Positions 25,474-35,860 of a DNA stretch of 64,000 bases are shown in pieces (within the stretch, counting starts at the first letter, position 1; each line of letters starts with the position of its first letter). The position numbers were made by a program, and so were the translations under genes. The notes below the pieces were generated by a model. It saw only the letters and a program-made list of their open reading frames with translations, did not search any database and was not told the DNA's origin. Source of the DNA: Deltaproteobacteria bacterium (lineage in GTDB: Bacteria > Desulfobacterota > Binatia > UBA9968). The stretch is taken from assembly GCA_023250515.1 (NCBI GenBank), contig JAHFAO010000002.1, forward strand, positions 2,361 to 66,360. Direction: 5' to 3'.

Positions 25474-27396
25474 ATGGCTAAAGTGATCGGTATTGATCTA
25501 GGAACAACAAATTCCTGTGTGGCAATCATGGAGGGAGGCGACCCGAATGTGATTGCTAATGCTGAGGGAAGCCGGACCACACCCTCAGTAGCTGCCTTCG
25601 CGGACAGCGGAGAGCGATTAGTTGGGCAAATTGCTAAAAGACAGGCCATCACCAATCCGGAGAATACTATCTTTGCCGTCAAGCGGCTTATCGGGCGCCG
25701 TTATGATGATCCTATGGTCCAGAAAGCCATGAAAGTCCTGCCATACAAAATTGTCAGAGCGGACAACGGAGATGCCTGGGTAGAAATCAGGGGAAAGCAC
25801 TATAGTCCAGCGGAGATATCCGCTTTTATTCTTCAGAAGATGAAGCAGACAGCGGAGGATTACCTGGGAGAGAAGGTGACTGAGGCTGTGATTACTGTTC
25901 CCGCTTATTTCAATGACAGCCAAAGGCAGTCGACCAAGGATGCCGGGCGCATCGCAGGTCTAAACGTGTTAAGGATCATCAATGAGCCCACAGCCGCCTC
26001 TCTGGCGTATGGGTTAGACAAGAAGAAGGACGAGAAGATAGCTGTTTTTGATCTCGGTGGGGGTACCTTTGATATCTCCATTCTGGAGTTGGGAGACGGA
26101 GTCTTTGAGGTCAAGGCAACTAACGGTGACACCTTTCTAGGAGGAGAGGATTTTGATCAAAGGGTAATCGATTATTTAGCTGACGAATTTAAGAAGGACC
26201 AAGGCATTGACCTGCGCAAGGATCGGATGGCCCTGCAGCGTTTGAAGGAGGCGGCGGAAAAGGCCAAATGCGAGCTCTCTTCCTCGATGGAAACGGACAT
26301 TAACCTTCCTTTTATTACCGCAGACCAGCATGGGCCAAAGCATCTCAACATGAAACTGACGCGCTCCAAACTGGAGGCCCTCTGTGCCGACTTAATCGAC
26401 AAGACCGAAGGACCTTGCCGTCAAGCTCTTAGGGACGCTGGCTTAACCCCTAGTGATATCAATGAGGTCATCTTAGTCGGAGGGATGACACGGATGCCTG
26501 CAGTTCAAGAAAGGGTGAAAAAGCTCTTCGCTAAGGATCCACATAAGGGGGTCAACCCGGATGAAGTCGTGGCCGTGGGGGCAGCGATTCAGGCAGCAGT
26601 GCTCAAAGGGGAAGTCAAAGATGTCCTCCTCCTCGATGTAACTCCTTTGTCTCTTGGAATAGAGACCCTGGGGGGCGTCTTTACCAAGCTGATAGAGCGT
26701 AATACAACGATCCCTACACGGAAGGGTCAGATCTTTTCAACCGCCCAAGACAACCAGACAGCAGTCTCTATCCGCGTCTTCCAGGGTGAGAGAGAGATGG
26801 CAGCGGGAAACAAGCTCTTAGGTCAATTCGATCTCGTAGGAATTCCCCCTGCACCCAGGGGAATGCCCCAGATTGAGGTGACCTTCGACATTGATGCGAA
26901 TGGGATTGTGCATGTGTCGGCAAAAGATCTGGGAACTGGGAAGGAGCAATCGATTAAGATCACCGCGTCGAGTGGTCTCGGCGAAGAAGAGATCAAACGG
27001 ATGGTTAAAGATGCAGAGGCCCATGCCTCTGAGGACAAGAAACACAAAGAGACAGTGGAGGCCCGCAACCAACTGGACTCCCTCATCTATACCACCGAAA
27101 AATCCCTTAGGGAATACTCTGGAGAGCTGGATGCTGGGGTCAAAGAAAATATAGAAGCGGCGCTGGAAAAGGCCAAAAAGACACTGGAGAGCCAGGACGT
27201 CGAAGCAATCCGCTCTGCGGCTGAGGAGCTAACTCGGTCCTCCCATAAGCTTGCGGAGGCGATGTATGCCAAAGCCTCCAAGCAACAGTCTTCACAACAA
27301 GAGTCGCCTGCTAATCAGCAGGGTCAGACAACAGACGGAAAGGGTAAGAGAAAGGAAGATGTCGTGGACGCCGATTTCGAGGAGGTTAAGGACTAA
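25474..27396 (+). CDS. dnaK: Molecular chaperone DnaK (Hsp70)
   Basis: Contains 'GIDLGTTNS', 'DLGGGTFD' and '[11 protein letters not shown]'. 640 aa. Confidence 0.97.
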   Translation: MAKVIGIDLGTTNSCVAIMEGGDPNVIANAEGSRTTPSVAAFADSGERLVGQIAKRQAITNPENTIFAVKRLIGRRYDDPMVQKAMKVLPYKIVRADNGDAWVEIRGKHYSPAEISAFILQKMKQTAEDYLGEKVTEAVITVPAYFNDSQRQSTKDAGRIAGLNVLRIINEPTAASLAYGLDKKKDEKIAVFDLGGGTFDISILELGDGVFEVKATNGDTFLGGEDFDQRVIDYLADEFKKDQGIDLRKDRMALQRLKEAAEKAKCELSSSMETDINLPFITADQHGPKHLNMKLTRSKLEALCADLIDKTEGPCRQALRDAGLTPSDINEVILVGGMTRMPAVQERVKKLFAKDPHKGVNPDEVVAVGAAIQAAVLKGEVKDVLLLDVTPLSLGIETLGGVFTKLIERNTTIPTRKGQIFSTAQDNQTAVSIRVFQGEREMAAGNKLLGQFDLVGIPPAPRGMPQIEVTFDIDANGIVHVSAKDLGTGKEQSIKITASSGLGEEEIKRMVKDAEAHASEDKKHKETVEARNQLDSLIYTTEKSLREYSGELDAGVKENIEAALEKAKKTLESQDVEAIRSAAEELTRSSHKLAEAMYAKASKQQSSQQESPANQQGQTTDGKGKRKEDVVDADFEEVKD

Positions 27397-27433
27397 AGGA
27401 GTGAAGAGGACACTCAGTTTTCGTTCTTCCGAG

Positions 27434-27474
27434 AAGGCCCCTGCTTCCTTATGCATTGAGGAGAGGGGCTTTTT
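27434..27474 (+). terminator. Intrinsic (probably partial) terminator after dnaK
   Basis: AAGGCCCCT pairs with AGGGGCTTT around a structured loop and is followed by TTTT. It lies between dnaK and dnaJ. Confidence 0.55.
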
Positions 27475-27508
27475 CGTTATATTATAAGAATGATCGAGAG
27501 GTTCATCG

Positions 27509-28621
27509 TTGAACGGAAAAAGGGATTATTACGAGCTGCTTGGCCTGAATCGAAGCGCTAGTGGCGAGGAGATCAAGAAAGCCTACCGCAAGCTGGCTCT
27601 AAAGTATCATCCTGACCGAAACCCTGGCGACAAACGGGCAGAAGAGCAATTTAAGGAGATTTCAGAGGCCTATCAAGTCCTCACGGATCCGGAGAAGAGA
27701 GTTCAATACGATCAGTTTGGACACTCAGCCTTTGGAGACGGAGGTCCGTTCAGAGGAGGGTTTGATTTCGCGACTGGTTTTGAAGATATCTTTGGAGATA
27801 TCTTCGGAGAGTTTTTTGGAGCAGGGACAACCAGGCGCCGGACCCGAACCAGGGGGGAAGATCTTCGCTATAATCTTGATATTACTTTTGAAGAGGCGGT
27901 CCTTGGAACTGCGAAGAAGATTAAGATCCCTAGGCAGGCCCCCTGTGATAGCTGCCGTGGAAGCGGCTCCAAACCAGGTTCTTCACCTCGAACCTGCCCT
28001 GCATGCCGAGGCAGGGGTCAAGTTAGCTTCCAACAAGGTTTCTTCAATGTCTCCCGGACCTGCAGCCAATGCCGCGGCGAGGGAACCACTATTAGCGATC
28101 CCTGTAGCTCCTGCAACGGCGCTGGACGGGTGCGCAAGCTTCACACGCTCAGCGTCAAGATTCCTCCCGGGGTGGATACCGGCTCTCGGCTTAAGCTCAG
28201 GGGAGAGGGAGAGAGCGGCACCTCGGGTGGGCTTCCAGGGGATCTCTATGTGGTGATTCAGGTAGAGCCTCATCCCCTCTTCATCCGTGATGGTCTGGAT
28301 ATTATCTGCGAGGTTCCTATTAGCTTTGTTCAGGCAGCCTTGGGGACGGATATCGACGTGCCTACCTTGGAGGGAAAGGTCAAAATGAAGATTCCCCCGG
28401 GGACCCAATCGGGAAAAGTCTTCCGCTTGAAAGGAAAGGGCGTTAGAGATGTCCAGGGGTATCATCAGGGAGATCAACACGTTAGGGTGATTCTGGAAAC
28501 ACCCACGCATCTTACACCGCGACAGAAGGAGCTTTTAAAAGAGTTCGCGGAACTTGGGGGACAGGAAGTCCACCCACTGTCGAAAGGTTTTTTTGACAAA
28601 GTCAAGCAAATATTTGGATAA
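27509..28621 (+). CDS. dnaJ: Co-chaperone DnaJ (Hsp40)
   Basis: J domain 'DYYELLG...YHPDRNP', a G/F region and four CxxCxGxG repeats. TTG start. Confidence 0.95.
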   Translation: MNGKRDYYELLGLNRSASGEEIKKAYRKLALKYHPDRNPGDKRAEEQFKEISEAYQVLTDPEKRVQYDQFGHSAFGDGGPFRGGFDFATGFEDIFGDIFGEFFGAGTTRRRTRTRGEDLRYNLDITFEEAVLGTAKKIKIPRQAPCDSCRGSGSKPGSSPRTCPACRGRGQVSFQQGFFNVSRTCSQCRGEGTTISDPCSSCNGAGRVRKLHTLSVKIPPGVDTGSRLKLRGEGESGTSGGLPGDLYVVIQVEPHPLFIRDGLDIICEVPISFVQAALGTDIDVPTLEGKVKMKIPPGTQSGKVFRLKGKGVRDVQGYHQGDQHVRVILETPTHLTPRQKELLKEFAELGGQEVHPLSKGFFDKVKQIFG

Positions 28622-28747
28622 GGAACCATTCATAGCTCCTTTGCTTATCCATTTTCCTCATTTGCTTTCCTGTTTGGCTCTTGGGCCCGAAGGATTTTTG
28701 TTTACCCGCGCTAGTGTAATTAAATACAAAAAAAGGACCGAAAACTT

Positions 28748-31252
28748 ATGAGCGAAACACAATGGAACGTCGAGAATCAAGAAGGAAAGGGATCCCACGT
28801 AGAGATCCCTGAGGTACTCCCGCTGCTACCTACTCGCGACATCGTGATCTATCCCTACATGATGCTTCCGCTCTTCGTTGGGAGAGATGTGTCGATCCGC
28901 GCGGTCGAGGAATCTCTCTCCCGGGACCGTCTGATCTTCTTGGTGGCGCAAAAGAATTCATCCGAAGATAATCCTACTCCTGATGGCATCTATCGGATAG
29001 GAACCGTGGCCTCTATCATGCGCATGCTCAAGTTGGCCGATGGTCGGGTGAAGGTCCTGGTGCAGGGGTTGTCCAAAGGCGAAGTAGAAAGTTATCTTCG
29101 ACAGCGACCGTTTTTCGAGGTGAAAATCCTTAAAGTGATGGAACCCGCTCTCCAGGAGGCCTCAATCGAGGTAGAGGCCTTAATGCGCAATGTCAAGGAA
29201 AAAATTGAGCAGATCCTCAATCTCAAAAATCTTCCCCCGGAAATCGTTATGGTGACTGACAACATCAGTGACCCAGGAGTGCTAGCGGATCTGGTCGCTT
29301 CCAACCTGCGCCTGAAGATCGAGGAAAGCCAGGGTATCCTAGAGATCTTCGACCCAGTGGCTCGACTGAAAAAGGTTAACGAGCTCCTCAGCCGCGAGCT
29401 GGAGCTCTCGACCGTGCAGGCCCGCATCCAAAATCAGGCCAAGGAGGAGATGAGCAAGACTCAACGGGACTATTTCTTGCGGGAACAGCTCAAGCAAATC
29501 CACCAGGAATTGGGTGAGGGGGACGAGCGGTCGGAGGAGATGCATGAGCTTAAGAAACAGATGGAAAAGGCCAAGATGCCTCCTGAGGTGAAGCGTGAGG
29601 CCGAGAAGCAACTCAAGCGACTGGAACAGATGCATCCTGAGTCTTCTGAGGCATCTCTGGTCCGCGCTTACTTGGACTGGCTTGTGGATCTGCCATGGAG
29701 CAAAAAGACCAAGGACAACCTAAATATTCAAAAGGCCAAGGGGGTCCTCGATGAGGACCATTACAATCTGGAAAAGGTCAAGGAGCGGATCCTGGAATAC
29801 CTAGCCGTGAACAAGTTAAGGCGGAAGATTAAAGGCCCCATCCTCTGTTTTGTTGGACCTCCAGGGGTCGGCAAAACCTCCCTGGGGAAATCGATCGCCC
29901 GCGCCCTCGGGAGAAATTTTGTTAGGATTTCCTTGGGAGGAATCCGTGACGAGGCGGAGGTCCGCGGACACAGGCGGACTTACGTAGGAGCCTTGCCGGG
30001 AAGAATCATCCAGGGGATCAAGCAGGCCAAGTCTAACAATCCTGTTTTTATGCTTGATGAGATCGATAAGGTGGGAACTGACTTCCGTGGCGATCCATCG
30101 GCGGCGCTCTTAGAGGTTTTGGATCCAGAGCAGAACCATGCCTTCAGCGATCATTATCTCAATCTCCCGTTCGACCTTTCCAATGTCCTCTTTATCTGTA
30201 CAGCCAATCTTTTGGATCCAGTTCCACCGGCGCTTGCTGACCGCATGGAGGTCATTCAACTCTCTGGGTATACTAACGAAGAGAAGCTCGAGATTGCCCG
30301 TAAATTTCTCATCCCCAAACAACTGGAGGACAACGGGATCTCTACCAGCATTTTGGAGATCTCTAATGACGCAGTGCTACGAATCATTGCACAGTACACC
30401 AAGGAGGCTGGGCTGAGGAATTTGGAACGAGAGATTGCCTCTATTTGTCGTAAGGTGGCGCGAAAGATCGCGGACGGGAAAAAAGATCTCACCCGTGTGA
30501 CGCGTGCGAATCTCCATCTATTTTTAGGGCCGCCTAAATTCCTTCCCGAAGCTGAACAGGAGCAGCACGAGGTCGGGGTCGCAACTGGTCTGGCCTGGAC
30601 GAGCGCAGGCGGAGAGGTGCTCTACGTCGAGGCCTCCCTCTCCAAGGGTCGAGGGAACCTTACCCTGACTGGGCAGTTAGGTGAGGTGATGAAGGAATCC
30701 GCCCAGGCAGCCGTGAGCTATGCCCGTTCCCATGCAAAAAAGTTGGGCATCGAAGAAGATTTTTACCAAAAGTTGGATATCCATATCCATGTTCCCGCGG
30801 GGGCCATTCCTAAGGACGGACCTTCGGCCGGCATCACCATGGCTGCTGCTTTAATCTCTGCCCTTACTAGACGTGCGGTAAGTCGGGATGTAGCGATGAC
30901 CGGAGAAATTACTTTAAGGGGGAGGGTCCTACCCGTAGGAGGTTTGAAGGAAAAATGCCTTGCAGCCTTTCGAGCGGGAATCCGGAGGATCGTCATTCCC
31001 GACAGGAATCAAAAGGATCTAGAGGAGATTCCCAAGCCGCTTCGACGGAAACTCGGTCTAGTTTCGGCCAAAAACATGTCGGATGTTCTGAAGGTGGCTC
31101 TCCTAGATAAAACTAAGATAAGGAAAAAAAAATCTGCTGGGGTTTTTACTTCGGCCAGAAAATCAAAGCCGACTAAAGGGAAACGGTGGAGGCGAAGGGA
31201 AAAACCGCAAGAGAAAGTGCGTAGGGAAAGGGTGATACCCCTTAGGGCATAG
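28748..31252 (+). CDS. lon: ATP-dependent Lon protease (LonA)
   Basis: LON N-domain, Walker A 'GPPGVGKTS' and the protease Ser-Lys dyad region '[11 protein letters not shown]'. Has an unusually basic C-terminal tail. Confidence 0.95.
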   Translation: MSETQWNVENQEGKGSHVEIPEVLPLLPTRDIVIYPYMMLPLFVGRDVSIRAVEESLSRDRLIFLVAQKNSSEDNPTPDGIYRIGTVASIMRMLKLADGRVKVLVQGLSKGEVESYLRQRPFFEVKILKVMEPALQEASIEVEALMRNVKEKIEQILNLKNLPPEIVMVTDNISDPGVLADLVASNLRLKIEESQGILEIFDPVARLKKVNELLSRELELSTVQARIQNQAKEEMSKTQRDYFLREQLKQIHQELGEGDERSEEMHELKKQMEKAKMPPEVKREAEKQLKRLEQMHPESSEASLVRAYLDWLVDLPWSKKTKDNLNIQKAKGVLDEDHYNLEKVKERILEYLAVNKLRRKIKGPILCFVGPPGVGKTSLGKSIARALGRNFVRISLGGIRDEAEVRGHRRTYVGALPGRIIQGIKQAKSNNPVFMLDEIDKVGTDFRGDPSAALLEVLDPEQNHAFSDHYLNLPFDLSNVLFICTANLLDPVPPALADRMEVIQLSGYTNEEKLEIARKFLIPKQLEDNGISTSILEISNDAVLRIIAQYTKEAGLRNLEREIASICRKVARKIADGKKDLTRVTRANLHLFLGPPKFLPEAEQEQHEVGVATGLAWTSAGGEVLYVEASLSKGRGNLTLTGQLGEVMKESAQAAVSYARSHAKKLGIEEDFYQKLDIHIHVPAGAIPKDGPSAGITMAAALISALTRRAVSRDVAMTGEITLRGRVLPVGGLKEKCLAAFRAGIRRIVIPDRNQKDLEEIPKPLRRKLGLVSAKNMSDVLKVALLDKTKIRKKKSAGVFTSARKSKPTKGKRWRRREKPQEKVRRERVIPLRA

Positions 31253-32245
31253 ATGAGATTGAACGAGCTGGGGGAGTTCGGTCTAATAGAGAGAATTCGT
31301 AAGGCCACCCCAAAAGGTCAGGGGGTGCGCCTGGGAATTGGGGATGATGCGGCATGGTTAGAGTGCAGGAACCGTTCGTTCCTGATCACATCGGATGTCT
31401 TGATCGAGGGTGTTCACTTTAATCTCAAATGGTCCACATTTTATGATCTGGGTTATAAGACACTTGCAGTAAACCTAAGTGACCTTGCGGCCATGGGAGG
31501 GAGTCCTGCCTACCTCGTGCTTTCGTTGGGAATTCCGGTTGACTTCAAGACCAAGGATATAGAAGAATTTTATCGTGGGATTAGGGCCCTTGCGTCCCAA
31601 AGTGGTGTGGCCCTGGTGGGAGGGGACACTAGTGCCTCGAAGCGTTTTTTCATTAGTGCCTTCCTGGTCGGCTATGCCCCTCATCGACCGATCACTCGAA
31701 GCGGTGGGAAGGTAGGAGATGATCTTTATGTGACTGGGACATTAGGAGACTCCGCCCTGGGACTTGAACTCCTGAAGAAGAAGGAAGAATCCAATGAGGA
31801 TAAGGCCGCCTATCTCATTGCCCGCCACCGTTTTCCAACTGCCCGTCTAAAGGCAGGAACTTTTTTAGCCCAAGAGAAACTGGCTAATGCCATGATCGAC
31901 GTCAGCGATGGGCTACTTCAGGATTTAGGCCACCTCTGCAAAGCCAGCGGGATTGGTGCGGTTGTCTGGCAGGAGGCATTGCCTCTCTCTTCTGCCTATC
32001 GGTCTTATGCAGGGCGAAAAGGGACCCTCTACGCCCTTACGGGAGGGGAAGATTACGAACTCCTGTTTTGCCTGCGCCGGCGGAATCGAACTCGTCTGGA
32101 AAAGATCAAGAAGCGGTTGGGGGTGTCCATAACCCGCATCGGGAAGTGCGTTCCCTCCCGTGAAGCGATAAAAGTCCTCGATGGCAAAGGAAGCCCGCTG
32201 TCTATTTCGGTGCTGGGCCACGACCACTTCAAAAGCAAACTCTAG
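31253..32245 (+). CDS. thiL: Thiamine-monophosphate kinase
   Basis: 'LGEFGLIERIRK...GIGDDAA' and 'GGDTS' (AIR synthase-related fold). ATG immediately follows the lon stop codon. Confidence 0.85.
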   Translation: MRLNELGEFGLIERIRKATPKGQGVRLGIGDDAAWLECRNRSFLITSDVLIEGVHFNLKWSTFYDLGYKTLAVNLSDLAAMGGSPAYLVLSLGIPVDFKTKDIEEFYRGIRALASQSGVALVGGDTSASKRFFISAFLVGYAPHRPITRSGGKVGDDLYVTGTLGDSALGLELLKKKEESNEDKAAYLIARHRFPTARLKAGTFLAQEKLANAMIDVSDGLLQDLGHLCKASGIGAVVWQEALPLSSAYRSYAGRKGTLYALTGGEDYELLFCLRRRNRTRLEKIKKRLGVSITRIGKCVPSREAIKVLDGKGSPLSISVLGHDHFKSKL

Positions 32246-32324
32246 TCTCTGCCTCTCTTAAGATTATGGCAAGAGTTAATGATCCCGTGCTAGCGCGCCG
32301 CTTCGAAGGATCGGGAGAATACGG

Positions 32325-33074
32325 ATGGATGCAGAGCTTCTAACAAAGCTTTTAGAAAGAGTCCGCGGGGGCAAGATAACCGTCGAGCGAGCGCTAGAGC
32401 GACTGCGCCATCTTCCCTTTGAGGATCTCGGTTTTGCCAAGGTGGACCATCATCGAGCGATCAGACAAGGATTCCCTGAGGTCATCATGGGAGAAGGAAA
32501 AGCAGCAACTGAGATCGCTGCGATTGCACGGGCGATGCAGAAAAGACGCGTGAACGTGCTCATCACGCGCCTTTCTTCCGAAAAGATGTCTGCAGTTAGA
32601 AAACAAATAAGGGGACTCCGTTATCATCCAGGTGCGCGGGCAGCGACTTGGGTTGGAAAGCTGATCCGTATGCGGGGAAGGGGTCTTATCTTGGTCATTT
32701 GCGCTGGCACGTCGGATATTCCCGTCGCGGAAGAGGCCGCCCTGACCGGGGAGATGATGGGCAATCGGGTGGAACGACTCTTTGATGTCGGGGTGGCTGG
32801 AATCCATCGTCTTTTAGAGAACCATGACAGACTTTCCTCGGCCTCCGTGCTGGTCGTTGTCGCGGGGATGGAAGGAGCCTTGCCGAGCGTGGTGGCGGGG
32901 CTCGTCGATAAGCCGGTGATTGCCGTCCCCACGAGTGTAGGGTACGGTGCCAGCTTCCAGGGCGTCTCCGCCCTTTTGGGGATGCTAAACTCCTGTGCTG
33001 CTGGAGTAACAGTAGTGAACATCGATAATGGATTTGGAGCAGGCTTTGCAGCAAGCCTTATCAATCGAGTATAA
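32325..33074 (+). CDS. larB: Nickel-pincer cofactor biosynthesis protein LarB (PurE-like carboxylase/hydrolase)
   Basis: '[22 protein letters not shown]' N-domain plus a PurE-like '[14 protein letters not shown]...[16 protein letters not shown]' C-domain. Confidence 0.8.
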   Translation: MDAELLTKLLERVRGGKITVERALERLRHLPFEDLGFAKVDHHRAIRQGFPEVIMGEGKAATEIAAIARAMQKRRVNVLITRLSSEKMSAVRKQIRGLRYHPGARAATWVGKLIRMRGRGLILVICAGTSDIPVAEEAALTGEMMGNRVERLFDVGVAGIHRLLENHDRLSSASVLVVVAGMEGALPSVVAGLVDKPVIAVPTSVGYGASFQGVSALLGMLNSCAAGVTVVNIDNGFGAGFAASLINRV

Positions 33075-33085
33075 ATTCAAGACCT

Positions 33086-33400
33086 ATGCAGTGTTTCCAC
33101 TGCGCCAGGGAGGTGAAGGAGACGACGCATACCCCAAAGGGCTACCGGGTGGATTACTATCTGCTCCATACGGGCAGGACGGAGTGGACATTCCTTAAGG
33201 ACCCCAAAGATGACTTGCTCCCGCTTCGCTACCTCAGGCTGACCCAACCAGTGGACATTATAAGCTGCGCTGATTGTTATGCTAAGCCACAGATCAAAAA
33301 GCGGTTGGAAGACGACTTCAACGGTTGGAAATCTTTCTTCGATGAAAAACAGATAGAGGGTTCGGAAAAAAACTCTATCCCTAGGTCCGATCATGGATGA
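33086..33400 (+). CDS. Hypothetical Zn-ribbon-like protein
   Basis: 104-aa ORF with CxxC ('CFHC') and CxxC ('CADC'). Co-directional with larB and overlaps the archease start by 8 nt. No SD. A competing antisense ORF exists. Confidence 0.45.
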   Translation: MQCFHCAREVKETTHTPKGYRVDYYLLHTGRTEWTFLKDPKDDLLPLRYLRLTQPVDIISCADCYAKPQIKKRLEDDFNGWKSFFDEKQIEGSEKNSIPRSDHG

Positions 33401-33818
33401 CAAAAAAAAATACCGTATTTTGAACCGTTCCTCAGACTTGGTCATTAAGGTCTTTGGCAAGACGCAAGCGGAGCTTTTTGCTAACTCGGCCTTTGCCCTT
33501 TTTGACCTCATGACGGATGTCGAGAAGGTTCAAGTGCGAGACCACCTCCCTCTAGAGGTTGAAGGGGTGGATCGCAATGACTTAATGGTAAACTGGATGC
33601 GAGAACTCCTCTATCTTTTTCAGGGGAGTGGATATCTCCTTAGGGATTTTCAAATCCGTGACGTCAAGGAAAATTATGTCCGATGCGAAGTTAGCGGGGA
33701 AAAATTTGATCCCGATCGTCATGAGATCCAGCGGGACATCCGTTCTGTAGCCTATCATCAAAGCCGGATGGAGAAGACCGGAGATCAGTGGACAGCCCAG
33801 CTGATCTTCGAGCTTTGA
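33393..33818 (+). CDS. Archease family protein
   Basis: 141 aa. 'VFGKTQAELFANSAFALFDLMTD' and C-terminal 'IRSVAYHQ' match archease blocks. The N-terminal (D/E)HTAD-type signature reads 'NRSSD'. Confidence 0.75.
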   Translation: MDDKKKYRILNRSSDLVIKVFGKTQAELFANSAFALFDLMTDVEKVQVRDHLPLEVEGVDRNDLMVNWMRELLYLFQGSGYLLRDFQIRDVKENYVRCEVSGEKFDPDRHEIQRDIRSVAYHQSRMEKTGDQWTAQLIFEL

Positions 33819-33823
33819 TAAAA

Positions 33824-35227
33824 ATGGCAAAGGCGATGGACAGTGAATACGAGGGGACTGCCCTCATAGCCGACCCCATTCACCGCTATATTCAGTTCAC
33901 CGTTCCGGGTCAAAAAAGAGAAGTGACGGAGAAGGACATCATTGATTCCCCTTGGGTTCAGAGACTCCGCTATATTTACCAGCTCCAGAGCGCTCGCTGG
34001 GTTTATCCTTCGGCCGAGCACAGCCGGTTCCAACATTCCCTAGGAGCCATGCATCTTGCGGGAGAGTTTGCCAAGCACCTTTACCCGTCGCTCCAACGGG
34101 TTTTGGGAAACGAGTGCCCCTCCGCTCCTCTTATTGAAGAGTATATGAGAATGACCGGACTCCTTCATGACGTGGGACATGGTCCCTTTGGCCATTTCTT
34201 CGATGACAATTTTTTGCACGATTTCAAAATCACCCACGAGGATATAGGCCAAGCCATTATTCAGGAGAAGCTCGGGGAATTGATTCGACAAATACGGCGC
34301 AGCCCAAGCGGGGCCTTTGCCCCAGGAGAAGAGTTGAGACCAGAGGATATCGCCTATCCCATCAAAAAGAACGGCAAGGACGATCAACGCAAACCCAAGT
34401 GGGTCAGGCTTCTCCAACCCCTAACCAGCGGGATTTTTACCTTCGATAACCTGGATTATGTTTCAAGGGACTCTTACATGTGCGGCGTGGCCGTAGGACC
34501 AGTGGATCGAGAGCGACTCATTCACTATACTTTTTTTTCCCCTAAAGGGCTCACTCTCCACAAGGCCGGTAACGGCGCCCTGACGATGTTCTTAAATGCC
34601 CGGCTATACCTCTACACCAACGTCTATTATCACCGCACGACCCGGGCCATCGATCTCCACCTTAGGGAGATATTCCCGGAGACCATGCGGCTGATCTTTC
34701 CCGGCAACCCCCTGGAGCATATGGAAGACTACCTCCACCTCACAGATTGGTCCCTTTTGGCTGAGGTTTCCCGCTGGCGCCATAGTGAGGGACAAAACGA
34801 AGCATTGGCACGAGAATGGGGAAGGATCCTGGGTCGCGATATCAAATGGAAGATGGCCTACGACCGGACCCTATCGTTAAACGAGCTCCGCTACGGTATG
34901 GCCCTGATTCAGGACACTGATTGGGAGAAACGAATTAGGGCCTCGCTTCCCCCATCCGCTCATGATCTGGTATTTCGGGTAGACATGGCGACGCAAGATC
35001 CTAGGCCAGAGAGCCCTTTTGCCATGGGAAAGAAGCAGATCTACATCTTTGATCCATCCACCGGAGAAATCGCAAAGGAGTCTCTTTCCGAGCTCTTCGA
35101 GTTTATCCCTTCGAAGGTGGTGCAGTTTCGGGTCTTTGCACTGGACCACGAAAGCGATCATCTGCTTGCTGAAGTGGCCGAAGCGACTTTGAAGGGCGGA
35201 GTGCCTGCAATCAAAACAAGTGTCTGA
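33824..35227 (+). CDS. HD-domain phosphohydrolase (dGTPase/SAMHD1-like superfamily)
   Basis: 'HSRFQHSLGAMHLA' and 'LLHDVGHGPFGHFFD' HD motifs. ATG at 33824 lies just after the archease stop. An alternative start at 33788 is possible. Confidence 0.8.
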   Translation: MAKAMDSEYEGTALIADPIHRYIQFTVPGQKREVTEKDIIDSPWVQRLRYIYQLQSARWVYPSAEHSRFQHSLGAMHLAGEFAKHLYPSLQRVLGNECPSAPLIEEYMRMTGLLHDVGHGPFGHFFDDNFLHDFKITHEDIGQAIIQEKLGELIRQIRRSPSGAFAPGEELRPEDIAYPIKKNGKDDQRKPKWVRLLQPLTSGIFTFDNLDYVSRDSYMCGVAVGPVDRERLIHYTFFSPKGLTLHKAGNGALTMFLNARLYLYTNVYYHRTTRAIDLHLREIFPETMRLIFPGNPLEHMEDYLHLTDWSLLAEVSRWRHSEGQNEALAREWGRILGRDIKWKMAYDRTLSLNELRYGMALIQDTDWEKRIRASLPPSAHDLVFRVDMATQDPRPESPFAMGKKQIYIFDPSTGEIAKESLSELFEFIPSKVVQFRVFALDHESDHLLAEVAEATLKGGVPAIKTSV

Positions 35228-35280
35228 TCGGCTAATCCTCCTAAGAACTCTCAGTAGTCTGCTTGACACACCGTCGGACT

Positions 35281-35303
35281 TCATGTAACCATTGGTTACA
35301 TGA
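35281..35303. promoter_or_regulatory. 23-bp perfect palindrome, candidate operator of the LexA-like repressor
   Basis: TCATGTAACC-ATT-GGTTACATGA has 10-bp perfect arms. The right arm contains the repressor's own ATG (35300). TTGACA at 35263-35268 lies 17-18 nt upstream of a weak -10. Confidence 0.5.
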
Positions 35304-35845
35304 GGCCTAAAGAATTTAAGAAAATACGCCGAAAAGGCCTGGGTCTCACCCAACAAGAGTTGGCTTCAAAGCTCCATACGACGCGAATGACTATTACCCG
35401 ATACGAAGGCGGGACGAGGCGCATTCCCGGCGTGGTAGAAGTGGCCATCAAACAAATGGCTTTATCGCCGCGCATCCCCTTGGTCGGAATCGTGGCCGCC
35501 GGGAACCCTATAGAGCCCGTGCCTCAGACAGAGTTAGTTGATGTCCCCGCATCGATGGCGCGAGGTGGAGAAAATTTTGCTCTCAGCGTCACGGGGGAAT
35601 CCATGCGCGATGAGGGAATTTTGCCGGGTGACCTCGTGATTGTTCACAAACAGTCCACGGCCCAAAACGGGCAGACGGTTGTTGCCCTGGTAAACCGGGA
35701 AGCCACCATCAAAAAGTATTACCAGAAAGCAGATTGCGTTGAGCTTCGTCCCGCTAACCCTGTGATGAAACCAATCATTGTAACGCCTGAAGATGAGTTC
35801 AGAATCCAAGGGGTTGTTGTCGGAGTCATTCGCTACTGTAAGTAG
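35300..35845 (+). CDS. LexA-like autocleaving repressor with XRE-type HTH (HTH_XRE + peptidase S24)
   Basis: N-terminal 'LGLTQQELASKLHTTRMTITRYEGG' (XRE HTH). LexA-type cleavage site 'VAAGNP', Ser 'GESM' and Lys 'ATIKKY'. Confidence 0.8.
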   Translation: MRPKEFKKIRRKGLGLTQQELASKLHTTRMTITRYEGGTRRIPGVVEVAIKQMALSPRIPLVGIVAAGNPIEPVPQTELVDVPASMARGGENFALSVTGESMRDEGILPGDLVIVHKQSTAQNGQTVVALVNREATIKKYYQKADCVELRPANPVMKPIIVTPEDEFRIQGVVVGVIRYCK

Positions 35846-35860
35846 CGTTACCCACATCCG

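Noticed and set aside
27717-28510. 179-aa (+) and 175-aa (-) ORFs overlapping dnaJ.
   Set aside because: Both lie in alternative frames of an unambiguous dnaJ gene and have Arg/Pro/Ala-rich, motif-less translations.
33077-33511. A 144-aa minus-strand ORF covering the larB-archease junction, competing with the 104-aa plus-strand Zn-ribbon ORF.
   Set aside because: It is antisense to a co-directional, tightly spaced plus-strand run and overlaps the archease start. It has no motif and an odd composition. I kept the plus-strand ORF, though only at 0.45 confidence.
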